NCBI GenBank assembly: GCA_963611005.1
Contig: CAVDQJ010000006.1
Coordinates: forward strand, 1-29,178
Source: a bacterium
GTDB lineage: Bacteria; Bacillota_I; Bacilli_A; RFN20; CAG-826
DNA length: 29,178 nt
Direction: 5' to 3'
Made by a program: the position numbers and the translations under genes. Numbering within the stretch: position 1 is the stretch's first letter; every line of letters begins with the position of its first letter. The notes beneath the pieces were generated by a model. The model searched no databases. It saw only the letters and a program-made list of their open reading frames with translations, and was not told the DNA's origin. Shown here one piece after another: positions 17,752 through 26,382 of this stretch.

Positions 17752-18897
17752 ATTACAAAGTTTAAGTGTGAGTTATGTGGTAATGAAGATTTAAAATATG
17801 TTGGATATAAAAACAATAAGCCTTATTGTAGAAAGTGCATTTCTTTTAAAGGTGAATCTGCGGATTTAAATATTAGTTTTATAAAAAAACAAAGTAAAGC
17901 TTTTCTAAAATATGGATTAAGTGAAGATCAAGAAAGAATATCTAACCAACTTTTAGATAATTATAAAAACCACATAAACACACTTGTTTACGCAGTATGT
18001 GGAGCAGGCAAGACCGAACTTGTTTTTAAAGTTATTGAGTATTCCCTATCAAAGAAATTTAAAGTAGGTTTTGCTGTTCCACGTAAAGACGTTGTTATTG
18101 AATTAGCTGTTAGATTTAAAAATACTTTTAAGAATAATTTGATTACTTCATTATATGGCGGGAATACTTCAAACTTATATGGTGATATTATATGTTTAAC
18201 AACCCATCAATTATATAGATACAATAATTATTTTGACTTGTTGATTTTAGATGAAATTGATGCTTTTCCGTATAAAGGAAATGATGTATTAAATTCTTTG
18301 TTTAAAAGAAGTGTAAAAGGAAACTTTATATTAATGTCAGCTACACCTGATGACTTAACATTAAAAGAATTTTCAAAAGGTAATAATAGAATTGTTGAAT
18401 TATTTACTAGATATCATAAAAAGCCTATCCCTGTTCCTCAAATTAAATTGAGTTTCTCAATATTTAAATATTTATTCTTAATAAGAAAATTAAAATATTA
18501 TATTAAAAATGACATGCAATGTTTTGTGTTTACACCAACTATTGACGAATCGAAAATGGTGTTTAATATAGTTTCAAAATTTGTTAAAAAAGGAAATTAC
18601 GTTAACTCAAAAAGAGATAATCGAGCTAAAATAATCCAAGATTTTAGAGATAAAAAATATATGTATTTAATAACTACAGCAGTTTTAGAAAGAGGAGTGA
18701 CTGTTAAAAATTTACAAGTGATAATATTTGATGCAGATAGTGAAATTTATAATAAATACGCATTGCTTCAAATTTCTGGTAGAGTTGGAAGAGTTATAGG
18801 TTATGAAAAAGGTGAAGTTTATTACTTGTGTTCAAGAAAAACTAAAGCAATGGAAGACGCAATTGAATTCACAAAAAAAGCAAACTCAAATTTGTAA
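17752..18897 (+). CDS. comFA: ComFA-like DEAD/DEAH-box helicase/translocase (competence DNA uptake); probable non-canonical ATT start
   Basis: The frame is open from the TGA at 17737-39. Upstream of the called ORF it encodes FKCELCG...PYCRKC (Zn site), Walker A YAVCGAGKTE and AVPRKDVVIEL. It continues with ILDEIDAFPY, MSATP, TTAVLERGVT and QISGRVGR. There is no in-frame ATG/GTG/TTG before 18139. Confidence 0.88.
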   Translation: MTKFKCELCGNEDLKYVGYKNNKPYCRKCISFKGESADLNISFIKKQSKAFLKYGLSEDQERISNQLLDNYKNHINTLVYAVCGAGKTELVFKVIEYSLSKKFKVGFAVPRKDVVIELAVRFKNTFKNNLITSLYGGNTSNLYGDIICLTTHQLYRYNNYFDLLILDEIDAFPYKGNDVLNSLFKRSVKGNFILMSATPDDLTLKEFSKGNNRIVELFTRYHKKPIPVPQIKLSFSIFKYLFLIRKLKYYIKNDMQCFVFTPTIDESKMVFNIVSKFVKKGNYVNSKRDNRAKIIQDFRDKKYMYLITTAVLERGVTVKNLQVIIFDADSEIYNKYALLQISGRVGRVIGYEKGEVYYLCSRKTKAMEDAIEFTKKANSNL

Positions 18898-19525
18898 AGT
18901 TTGTTTCAATGAAATCCATACTGATTCTTTTCATTCTTTAATTAATAATTTAAGCATTTGTTCGAGATGTCTTAAAAATTATGAACCAAAATTTAAAGAA
19001 TTTAAGTTTAATGGAATAGATGTTTTATCAGTTTATGAATACAAAGATTTAATAAAAGAGAAACTATTTGTTTTTAAAGGGTGTTTTGATTATGAGTTAT
19101 TTTCAACTTTTTTTAGCCAATATTCATTTGAATTAAATTTAAAATACAAGGGATATAATATAGTTTTTATACCTTCTAATAAACATAGTGATGCACAAAG
19201 AGGATTTAATCATGTTGTTGAAATGTTTAACTTTTTAAAGCTTAAAAGGCTTGATATTCTTAAAAAAGTTGGCGATGATAAACAAGCAAATAATAGCTAT
19301 AGAAAAAGAAAAGAAGCGGGAAAACATATAGTTTTAAGTAAAAGAGTTGATTTAACAAATAAAAAAATATTAATAGTTGATGATGTTATTACAACAGGCT
19401 CAACATTGTATGCTGCAATTAATGAAATTAGAAAACTAAATCCAAAGACAATAAAAGCGCTAGTTATGTCAAAAAGAGAGTTCGATACAAGATTCAATAA
19501 AAGCAAAATTGATATTATTCAATAA
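18803..19525 (+). CDS. comFC: ComFC-family protein (Zn ribbon plus phosphoribosyltransferase-like domain); start uncertain
   Basis: CKVC...CSRC, RGFNHV and ILIVDDVITTGSTL. Directly after comFA. Confidence 0.88.
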   Translation: MKKVKFITCVQEKLKQWKTQLNSQKKQTQICKVCFNEIHTDSFHSLINNLSICSRCLKNYEPKFKEFKFNGIDVLSVYEYKDLIKEKLFVFKGCFDYELFSTFFSQYSFELNLKYKGYNIVFIPSNKHSDAQRGFNHVVEMFNFLKLKRLDILKKVGDDKQANNSYRKRKEAGKHIVLSKRVDLTNKKILIVDDVITTGSTLYAAINEIRKLNPKTIKALVMSKREFDTRFNKSKIDIIQ

Positions 19526-19532
19526 AATCATT

Positions 19533-19561
19533 TTGTTTACCATTATATATAATGGTATAAT
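19533..19561 (+). promoter_or_regulatory. Putative sigmaA promoter of secA overlapped by a 20-bp perfect palindrome
   Basis: TTGTTT (19533-38), 17 bp, TATAAT (19556-61) with extended -10 TG. Palindrome TACCATTATA|TATAATGGTA at 19538-19557. Confidence 0.7.
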
Positions 19562-19591
19562 TTAAAAGAATATACGCAAGGATGGTATGTT

Positions 19592-22183
19592 ATGGGAAAT
19601 ATTATTGAAAAAATTTTTAGAATCGATGCTAGAACATTAAAGAAATATGATAGACAAGCTCGTAAAGTTGAATCATATGCAAAAGAAATGGCTGCATTGA
19701 CTGATGAGCAATTAAAAGCAAAGACAAATGAATTTAAAGAAAGACTTTCTAAAGGTGCTACATTAGATGATATTAAGTTTGAAGCTTTTGCTGTTTGTAG
19801 AGAAGCTGGAAAAAGAGTTTTAGGAATGTATGCATTCCATTGTCAAATTATTGGTGGTTTAGTTTTAAACGATGGTAATGTTTCTGAAATGAGAACTGGT
19901 GAAGGTAAGACATTAACTGCTACAATGCCTGTTTACTTAAATGCTTTAAGCGGAAAAGGTGTTCATGTTGTTACTGTTAATGAATATCTTGCTCAAAGAG
20001 ACTCTAATGAAATGGGTCAAGTTTATAGATGGTTAGGTTTAACAGTTGGTTGTAATTTACATTCTTTAAATACGATGGAAAAGAAAAAAGTTCATCTTTG
20101 CGATGTTACTTATACAATTAACTCTGAACTTGGTTTTGATTACCTTAGAGACAATATGGCACCAACTGTTGGTCAACGTGTTTTAAGAGGATTGAATTTC
20201 TGTATTGTTGATGAAGCTGATAGTGTTTTAATCGATGAATCTAGAACACCTCTTATTATTTCTGGTGGAGCAAAAGCTAGTGCAAGTCAATATACAGTTG
20301 CTGATAGATTTGTAAAAATGTTAACCGCATCAACATATCGTGATGATGAATATAAAAGAAAACATCCAGATTATGTACCTGATGGTGATTATGAAGTTGA
20401 TATTAAGACTAAATCAGTAAATTTAACTGATTCTGGTGTTGATAAAGCTGAAAAGTTATTTGGTATTCCAAATCTTTATGCTCCTCAACTTCAAGATCTT
20501 GTTCATAGAATTCATCAAGCTTTAAAAGCAAATTACATCATGACAAGAGATGTTGAATATTTAGTAGATCAAAATAATGAAATTCAATTAATCGATCAAT
20601 TTACTGGACGTGTTTTGAAGGGTAGAGAATATAGTGATGGTTTACAACAAGCTATCCAAGCTAAAGAAGGTGTAAAGATTAAAGAAGAAACTGTTACTTT
20701 AGCTACTATTACATATCAAAACTTCTTTAGATTATTTAAAAAGATTGGTGGTATGACTGGTACTGCTAAAACAGAAGAAGAAGAATTCCAAAAAATTTAT
20801 AATATGAGAGTTATTTGTATCCCAACAAATAAACCTGTTATTAGAGATGACGCTGTCGATTTTGTTTTTGCTCATAAAGATGCAAAAATTAAAGCAATGG
20901 TTAAAGAAATTCAAGAAAGACATGAAAAAGGACAACCAATTCTTATTGGTACACCTTCAGTTGAAGCTAGTGAAGAATTAGCTAAATATCTTGATAAAGC
21001 TAACCTTAAATTTGAAATGTTAAATGCTAAAAACCATGCAAGTGAAGCTGAAATTATTTCTCACGCTGGTGAAAGAGGAAGAATTACTCTTGCTACTAAC
21101 ATGGCTGGTCGTGGTACCGATATCAAATTAACACCTGAAACTCGTGCTTTAGGTGGACTTTGTGTATTTGGTTTAGAAAGACACGAATCAAGACGTATTG
21201 ATAACCAATTAAGAGGACGTAGTGGTAGACAAGGTGATCCTGGTTTTTCAAGATTTTATGTTTCTTTAGATGATGAACTTATGGTTCGTTTTGCAAATGA
21301 TAGATTAAGAAAGATTTTTGATGGATATGGTGATGAAGCTATTGAATCTAAAATGTTATCAAACGCAATCACAAGTGCTCAAAAACGTATTGAAGGTCAA
21401 AATTTTGATGTCCGTAAAAACTTACTTGATTACGATGATGTTTTAAGTAAACAAAGACAAATTATGTACGCTAAACGTGACCAAATTTTATATGCTGATG
21501 ACATCACAAGTTTATTAAATGAAACATTTGCTGATTGTGGACAAGCTTTAGCAAAAAGAGCAATTCCAGAAAATTCTGCAAATAAATCGGTAAGCGGTGA
21601 AGAATTAGTTAAATTATGTGTTCCTAGATTTATTAACGAAGGCGTTATTAAACCTGCATTATATGATGATGCTGATCCTAAAGAAGTTGGTGAAGATTTA
21701 AGAGACATTTTATTAGATTCTTATAAACATAAGAAAGAAAAATTTGATGCTGAACAAATTGAACAAGCTGAAAGACAAATTACTTTAAGATGTATTGATA
21801 GAAACTGGACACAACAAATTGATAATATGACTAGATTTAGAGAATCTGTTGGTCTTAGAGGTTATGGTCAAATCAACCCTCTTCAAGATTATGTCAATGA
21901 AGGTTGGGCAATGTTTAGAGAAATGCTTGAAGTTATCTCTCTTGAAGTTGTTTTAAATTTATTAAATGTTAAAGTTCAAGAAAAAGAACAAAAGAAGGAT
22001 TCATTTACAATTAATGTAACTCCACAAAATGAAGTTAAAGAAGAAGCAAAACAAGTCGAAAAAGCTGAACAAATGAAAGTCGTTAAAGAAGAAGAAAACG
22101 CAAAGGAATTGGATATTACAAACATCGATAAAGATGCTAAAGCAGCACCTGAACATAAATATGATGATATCCATACTAATTAA
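19592..22183 (+). CDS. secA: Preprotein translocase ATPase SecA
   Basis: EMRTGEGKTL, VHVVTVNEYLA.RD, GFDYLRDNM, IVDEADSVLIDE, ATNMAGRGTDI and RHESRRIDNQLRGRSGRQGDPG. Confidence 0.98.
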   Translation: MGNIIEKIFRIDARTLKKYDRQARKVESYAKEMAALTDEQLKAKTNEFKERLSKGATLDDIKFEAFAVCREAGKRVLGMYAFHCQIIGGLVLNDGNVSEMRTGEGKTLTATMPVYLNALSGKGVHVVTVNEYLAQRDSNEMGQVYRWLGLTVGCNLHSLNTMEKKKVHLCDVTYTINSELGFDYLRDNMAPTVGQRVLRGLNFCIVDEADSVLIDESRTPLIISGGAKASASQYTVADRFVKMLTASTYRDDEYKRKHPDYVPDGDYEVDIKTKSVNLTDSGVDKAEKLFGIPNLYAPQLQDLVHRIHQALKANYIMTRDVEYLVDQNNEIQLIDQFTGRVLKGREYSDGLQQAIQAKEGVKIKEETVTLATITYQNFFRLFKKIGGMTGTAKTEEEEFQKIYNMRVICIPTNKPVIRDDAVDFVFAHKDAKIKAMVKEIQERHEKGQPILIGTPSVEASEELAKYLDKANLKFEMLNAKNHASEAEIISHAGERGRITLATNMAGRGTDIKLTPETRALGGLCVFGLERHESRRIDNQLRGRSGRQGDPGFSRFYVSLDDELMVRFANDRLRKIFDGYGDEAIESKMLSNAITSAQKRIEGQNFDVRKNLLDYDDVLSKQRQIMYAKRDQILYADDITSLLNETFADCGQALAKRAIPENSANKSVSGEELVKLCVPRFINEGVIKPALYDDADPKEVGEDLRDILLDSYKHKKEKFDAEQIEQAERQITLRCIDRNWTQQIDNMTRFRESVGLRGYGQINPLQDYVNEGWAMFREMLEVISLEVVLNLLNVKVQEKEQKKDSFTINVTPQNEVKEEAKQVEKAEQMKVVKEEENAKELDITNIDKDAKAAPEHKYDDIHTN

Positions 22184-22185
22184 TC

Positions 22186-23293
22186 ATGGAATTATATGTT
22201 TTAAAACAAAAAATAAGTGAGGCGTTAGGTTATTTAAAGCAACTTAACGAATCACTTTGACATTCCTAAATTAGAAGGAAAAATCAAATGCATTGAAACA
22301 GAAATGTTAGACGAACATTTTTGGGACAATATAAGAGAAGCTAATAAAAAAATAGAAGATAAAAACGATATCGATTATAAAATTTCAACTTATAAAAAAT
22401 TGGATATAGTTTTTTTTGGACTAAATGATTTTGTAAATTCTTTAAGTGAGAATGACGTTGAAATGATTGAGCTTGCAAGCAATGATTATTCTGATAATAT
22501 TAAAATTCTTAATGATTTAAGACATCAAATTTTATTCAATGGTGAATATGATTCTTTATCATGTACATTAACTATTCATCCTGGAGCTGGTGGAACTGAA
22601 GCTTGTGATTGGGCGAATATGCTTTTAAGGATGTATGAACGTTTTTGTGAACAAAATAAATTTAAATATAGTGTAATCGATTATGAACCTGGTGATGAAG
22701 CTGGATTAAAATCGGTTGTTTTAATGGTTGAAGGAAAAAATGCATATGGAATGCTTAAGGGTGAAAAAGGGGTTCATAGATTAGTTAGAATATCTCCTTT
22801 TGATAGCAATGCACGTAGACACACTTCTTTTGCTAGTGTTAATGTTATTCCTCTTTTTGATGATTCAATAGAAGTTAATATTGATCCAAAAGATATAGTT
22901 GTTGATACATATAGAAGTGGTGGAGCTGGTGGTCAAAACGTTAATAAGGTTGAAACTGCTGTTAGAATTACTCACATTCCAACTGGAATTGTTGTATCTT
23001 GTCAAGTAGAAAGATTTCAAATAAAGAATAAGGAAATCGCTATGAATATGCTTAAATCTCAATTATATGAATTAGAGTTAGAAAAGAAAGAAAATAAACT
23101 TAAAGGTATTGTTGGAGAGAAAAAAGACATAGAATGGGGAAGTCAAATTCGAAGTTATGTATTTTGTCCTTATACATTGGTTAAAGATAATAGAACCGAG
23201 TATGAAGATACTCAAGTTGATAAAGTAATGGATGGAGAAATAACAGGCTTTATATATGCTTTTTTAGAAATGGAGGCAAAGAAGAATGCTTAA
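22186..23293 (+). CDS. prfB: Peptide chain release factor 2, expressed via programmed +1 frameshift (join 22186-22257, 22259-23293)
   Basis: ATG 22186 gives [24 protein letters not shown] ending in CTT TGA C. The +1 frame (DIPKLEG...) is continuous with the called ORF at 22304. SPF and GGQ motifs and WGSQIRSYV are present. Confidence 0.95.
22255..22261 (+). other. RF2 programmed +1 ribosomal frameshift site CTT TGA C
   Basis: Exact canonical motif at codons 24/25 of prfB. Confidence 0.93.
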
Positions 23294-24350
23294 AATACTA
23301 AAAGAGAAAAGGATAACTAAAAGACAAGTTTTTAAATTTATCTATAGATTATTTTTAGTTCTTTTAGGAACATTTATTTTAGCATTTGGAACTGGTATTT
23401 TCTTAGTACCATTTGACATCAATACTGGTGGAGTTAGTGGTTTAGGATTATTATTAAAAGAGTTATGTTTTACTGTTGATATTTGGTCATATATCATTTG
23501 TTGGTCTTTATTTTTGATTGGTTTTTTTCTTTTAGGAATTAAATTCACATTATCTACTCTTATTTCAACTATATTTTATCCTGTGTTTTTATCTTTAATT
23601 ATAAGAACTAATTTTTCTGTATATTTTGTTAATTTACTTGCTGGACAAGAAAACGCTGCTAGTTTAGTCAATGGAGTAATAACGATTTCAAATACAATTT
23701 TAGAAAACATGGATATAGGTAGATTATTAATCATCGGTTTATTTGGTGGAGCTTTTGTAGGAATTGGATGTGGAGTTACTTTTATTGGTGGAGGCTCAAC
23801 AGGTGGGTTAGATATTTTGGCTTTTATTTTTAAAAGATATTTTAACTTTAATGTTTCTTTAGTTACTCTTTTAATGGATACATCGATTATTATAATTGGA
23901 CTTGTCGTTAATTTAGCAACGAATAATGCTATGGTTTATATAAAATTTATCGTAAGTTTAATTGGTATTATTGGTGCTTTTAGTTGTGCTTTTGCTATTG
24001 AATTTATCTATAATGGTTTAGAAACTTCTTATGTTTGTGACATTATTACTACAGAACCTGATAAGATTAATGAATATGTTCAAACAAAATTAGAAAGAAC
24101 TACAACAATTTTTAAAGTAGTGGGTGCGTATTCAAAAGAAGAAAAAACAATGTTAAGACTTGTTTTTTCAAAAAGAGAATATTCTCAAATTAAAGATGCT
24201 TTAGCTAAAATTGATCCTAATGCATTTATTACATTTACAAAAGCTAAACTCGTTACTGGTGAAGGATTTGAAAGAAATGAAACGAGAGATTCTTCATTTA
24301 TTTCAGATGTAGTTAAAAAGGCTAAGGAGAAAAAAAGAGATGGGAAATGA
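23286..24350 (+). CDS. YitT-family membrane protein (DUF161 with C-terminal DUF2179)
   Basis: [33 protein letters not shown] and IDPNAFI. Confidence 0.9.
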   Translation: MLKILKEKRITKRQVFKFIYRLFLVLLGTFILAFGTGIFLVPFDINTGGVSGLGLLLKELCFTVDIWSYIICWSLFLIGFFLLGIKFTLSTLISTIFYPVFLSLIIRTNFSVYFVNLLAGQENAASLVNGVITISNTILENMDIGRLLIIGLFGGAFVGIGCGVTFIGGGSTGGLDILAFIFKRYFNFNVSLVTLLMDTSIIIIGLVVNLATNNAMVYIKFIVSLIGIIGAFSCAFAIEFIYNGLETSYVCDIITTEPDKINEYVQTKLERTTTIFKVVGAYSKEEKTMLRLVFSKREYSQIKDALAKIDPNAFITFTKAKLVTGEGFERNETRDSSFISDVVKKAKEKKRDGK

Positions 24351-26322
24351 TGGTATTTTTCATATTGTTAGCGATTTTAAACCAACTGGAGATCAACCAA
24401 AAGCTATTAAAGAATTAAGCGAGGGTGTATTTAATGGTAAAAAGGTACAAGTTCTTTTGGGTGCAACTGGAACTGGTAAAACTTTTTCAATGGCGAATGT
24501 TATAGAAAAAGTTCAAAAACCAACATTAATACTTGTTCATAATAAAACTTTGGCTGCTCAATTGTATTCCGAGATGAAGGAATTATTTCCTAATAATAGA
24601 GTTGAATACTTTATTTCTAATTTTGATTTTTATCAACCTGAAGCTTATTTACCAAGTAGTGATACATATATTGATAAATCTTGTTTAATGAATGAAGAAA
24701 TTGAAATGATGAGAGTTAGCGCGGTTAATTCTATTGTAAGCAGAAAAGATACGATTATTGTTGCTAGTGTTGCTTCTATTTATGGATTAACAGATCCTGA
24801 AGAATATAAAAAACTTATTTTTGAAGTAAGAGAAAATGAAGATATTGATAGAAGGAAATTTTTTAAAAAACTATTAGATTCTTCATACAAAAGAAATGAT
24901 ATAGATTTAACTCCTGGAAAATTTAGAGTGCATGGTGATTTAATTGATATTATGCCTCCTGATGGTCAAGATTGGTATATCCGACTTGATATGTTTGGTG
25001 ATACTGTAGAAAGGATATGTAAAGTCGATTATTTAACAGGAGAAGTAAAAGAAAAATATAAAATTTATAATCTTTTTCCTGCTTATGATCATGCTGCAAC
25101 ACAAGAAAGAATCAATAAAGCTTGTGAAGAAATATTATCGGATTTAGAAGATAGAATTAAATATTTTAAAGAACAAGGAAAACCTCTTGAAGCTGAACGA
25201 ATTGAAATGAGAACAAGACAAGATGTTGAAAATTTAAGAGAATTTGGAATTTGTCCAGGAATTGAAAATTATTCTCGATATATTGATGGAAGAAAAGAAG
25301 GTGAAAAACCATTTTGTTTGATGGATTATTTTCCTAAAGATTATCTTTTAATTATTGATGAAAGCCATGTAACAATCCCTCAAGTAAGAGGTATGTATAA
25401 TGGTGATAGAAGTAGAAAAACAACGTTGGTTGAATATGGATTTAGATTACCTTCTGCTTTAGATAATAGACCACTAAATTTTGATGAATTTGAAGGTGAA
25501 ATCAATCAGTTAATTTGTTCATCAGCTACGCCTGGTGATTATGAATTAAATAAAACGAATGGTGAATATGTTGAGCAAATTATACGTCCTACAGGGTTAT
25601 TAGATCCTGTAATAGAAATTAGGCCCTCTCTTAATCAAATAGATGATTTAATTTGTGAAATTAAAGATAGAATTTCTAAACACGAAAGAGTAATGGTAGT
25701 TACCTTAACTATTAAAATGAGTGAGGATTTAACTAAGTATTTGAAAGATCAAGGTATTAAAACAGTATATTTACATAGTGAGTGTAAAACACTTGAAAGA
25801 ACTGAAATTATTTATCAATTAAGAAAAGGTAAATATGATGTTTTAGTTGGTATTAATTTATTACGTGAAGGCTTAGATATTCCTGAAGTTAGTTTAATTG
25901 CTATTTTAGATGCGGATAAAGAAGGATTTTTAAGAAGTGAAAGATCTTTAATCCAAGTTGTAGGTAGAGCTGCTAGAAACGAAAATGGTAAAGCTATAAT
26001 GTATGCTGATAAAATAACTGAATCAATGCAAAAATGTATTGATGAAACTAATAGAAGAAGAGAAATTCAAATGGCATATAATTTAGAAAATGGAATAGTT
26101 CCTACAACTATTATTAAAGCGATAGTACCTCCTATTTCAATTAAAGAAGATGAAGAAGTTGATTATAAAGGTAAATTAACAAAGAAAGAACTAGATAAAA
26201 AGATTAAAGATGTTGAAAAAGCAATGAATAGAGCTGCTAAAGATTTTGAATTCGAAAAAGCGATAAAACTTAGAGATACATTATTTGAATTAAAAGCATT
26301 AAGAAATGGTGGAAATTTATAA
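24340..26322 (+). CDS. uvrB: Excinuclease ABC subunit B
   Basis: PTGDQPKAI, LLGATGTGKTF, HNKTLAAQLY, YQPEAY, IDESH, GFRLPSALDNRPL, GINLLREGLDIPEV and a C-terminal UVR motif FEKAIKLRD. Confidence 0.98.
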   Translation: MGNDGIFHIVSDFKPTGDQPKAIKELSEGVFNGKKVQVLLGATGTGKTFSMANVIEKVQKPTLILVHNKTLAAQLYSEMKELFPNNRVEYFISNFDFYQPEAYLPSSDTYIDKSCLMNEEIEMMRVSAVNSIVSRKDTIIVASVASIYGLTDPEEYKKLIFEVRENEDIDRRKFFKKLLDSSYKRNDIDLTPGKFRVHGDLIDIMPPDGQDWYIRLDMFGDTVERICKVDYLTGEVKEKYKIYNLFPAYDHAATQERINKACEEILSDLEDRIKYFKEQGKPLEAERIEMRTRQDVENLREFGICPGIENYSRYIDGRKEGEKPFCLMDYFPKDYLLIIDESHVTIPQVRGMYNGDRSRKTTLVEYGFRLPSALDNRPLNFDEFEGEINQLICSSATPGDYELNKTNGEYVEQIIRPTGLLDPVIEIRPSLNQIDDLICEIKDRISKHERVMVVTLTIKMSEDLTKYLKDQGIKTVYLHSECKTLERTEIIYQLRKGKYDVLVGINLLREGLDIPEVSLIAILDADKEGFLRSERSLIQVVGRAARNENGKAIMYADKITESMQKCIDETNRRREIQMAYNLENGIVPTTIIKAIVPPISIKEDEEVDYKGKLTKKELDKKIKDVEKAMNRAAKDFEFEKAIKLRDTLFELKALRNGGNL

Positions 26323-26347
26323 TTAATTTCTAATAATTTTCGTCAAG

Positions 26348-26376
26348 TTGATTTAGTGCATAAAACTTTTTATAAT
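26348..26376 (+). promoter_or_regulatory. Putative sigmaA promoter of the first GT2 gene (leaderless geometry)
   Basis: TTGATT (26348-53), 17 bp, TATAAT (26371-76), then 6 nt to ATG 26383. Confidence 0.7.
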
Positions 26377-26382
26377 ATTTAT

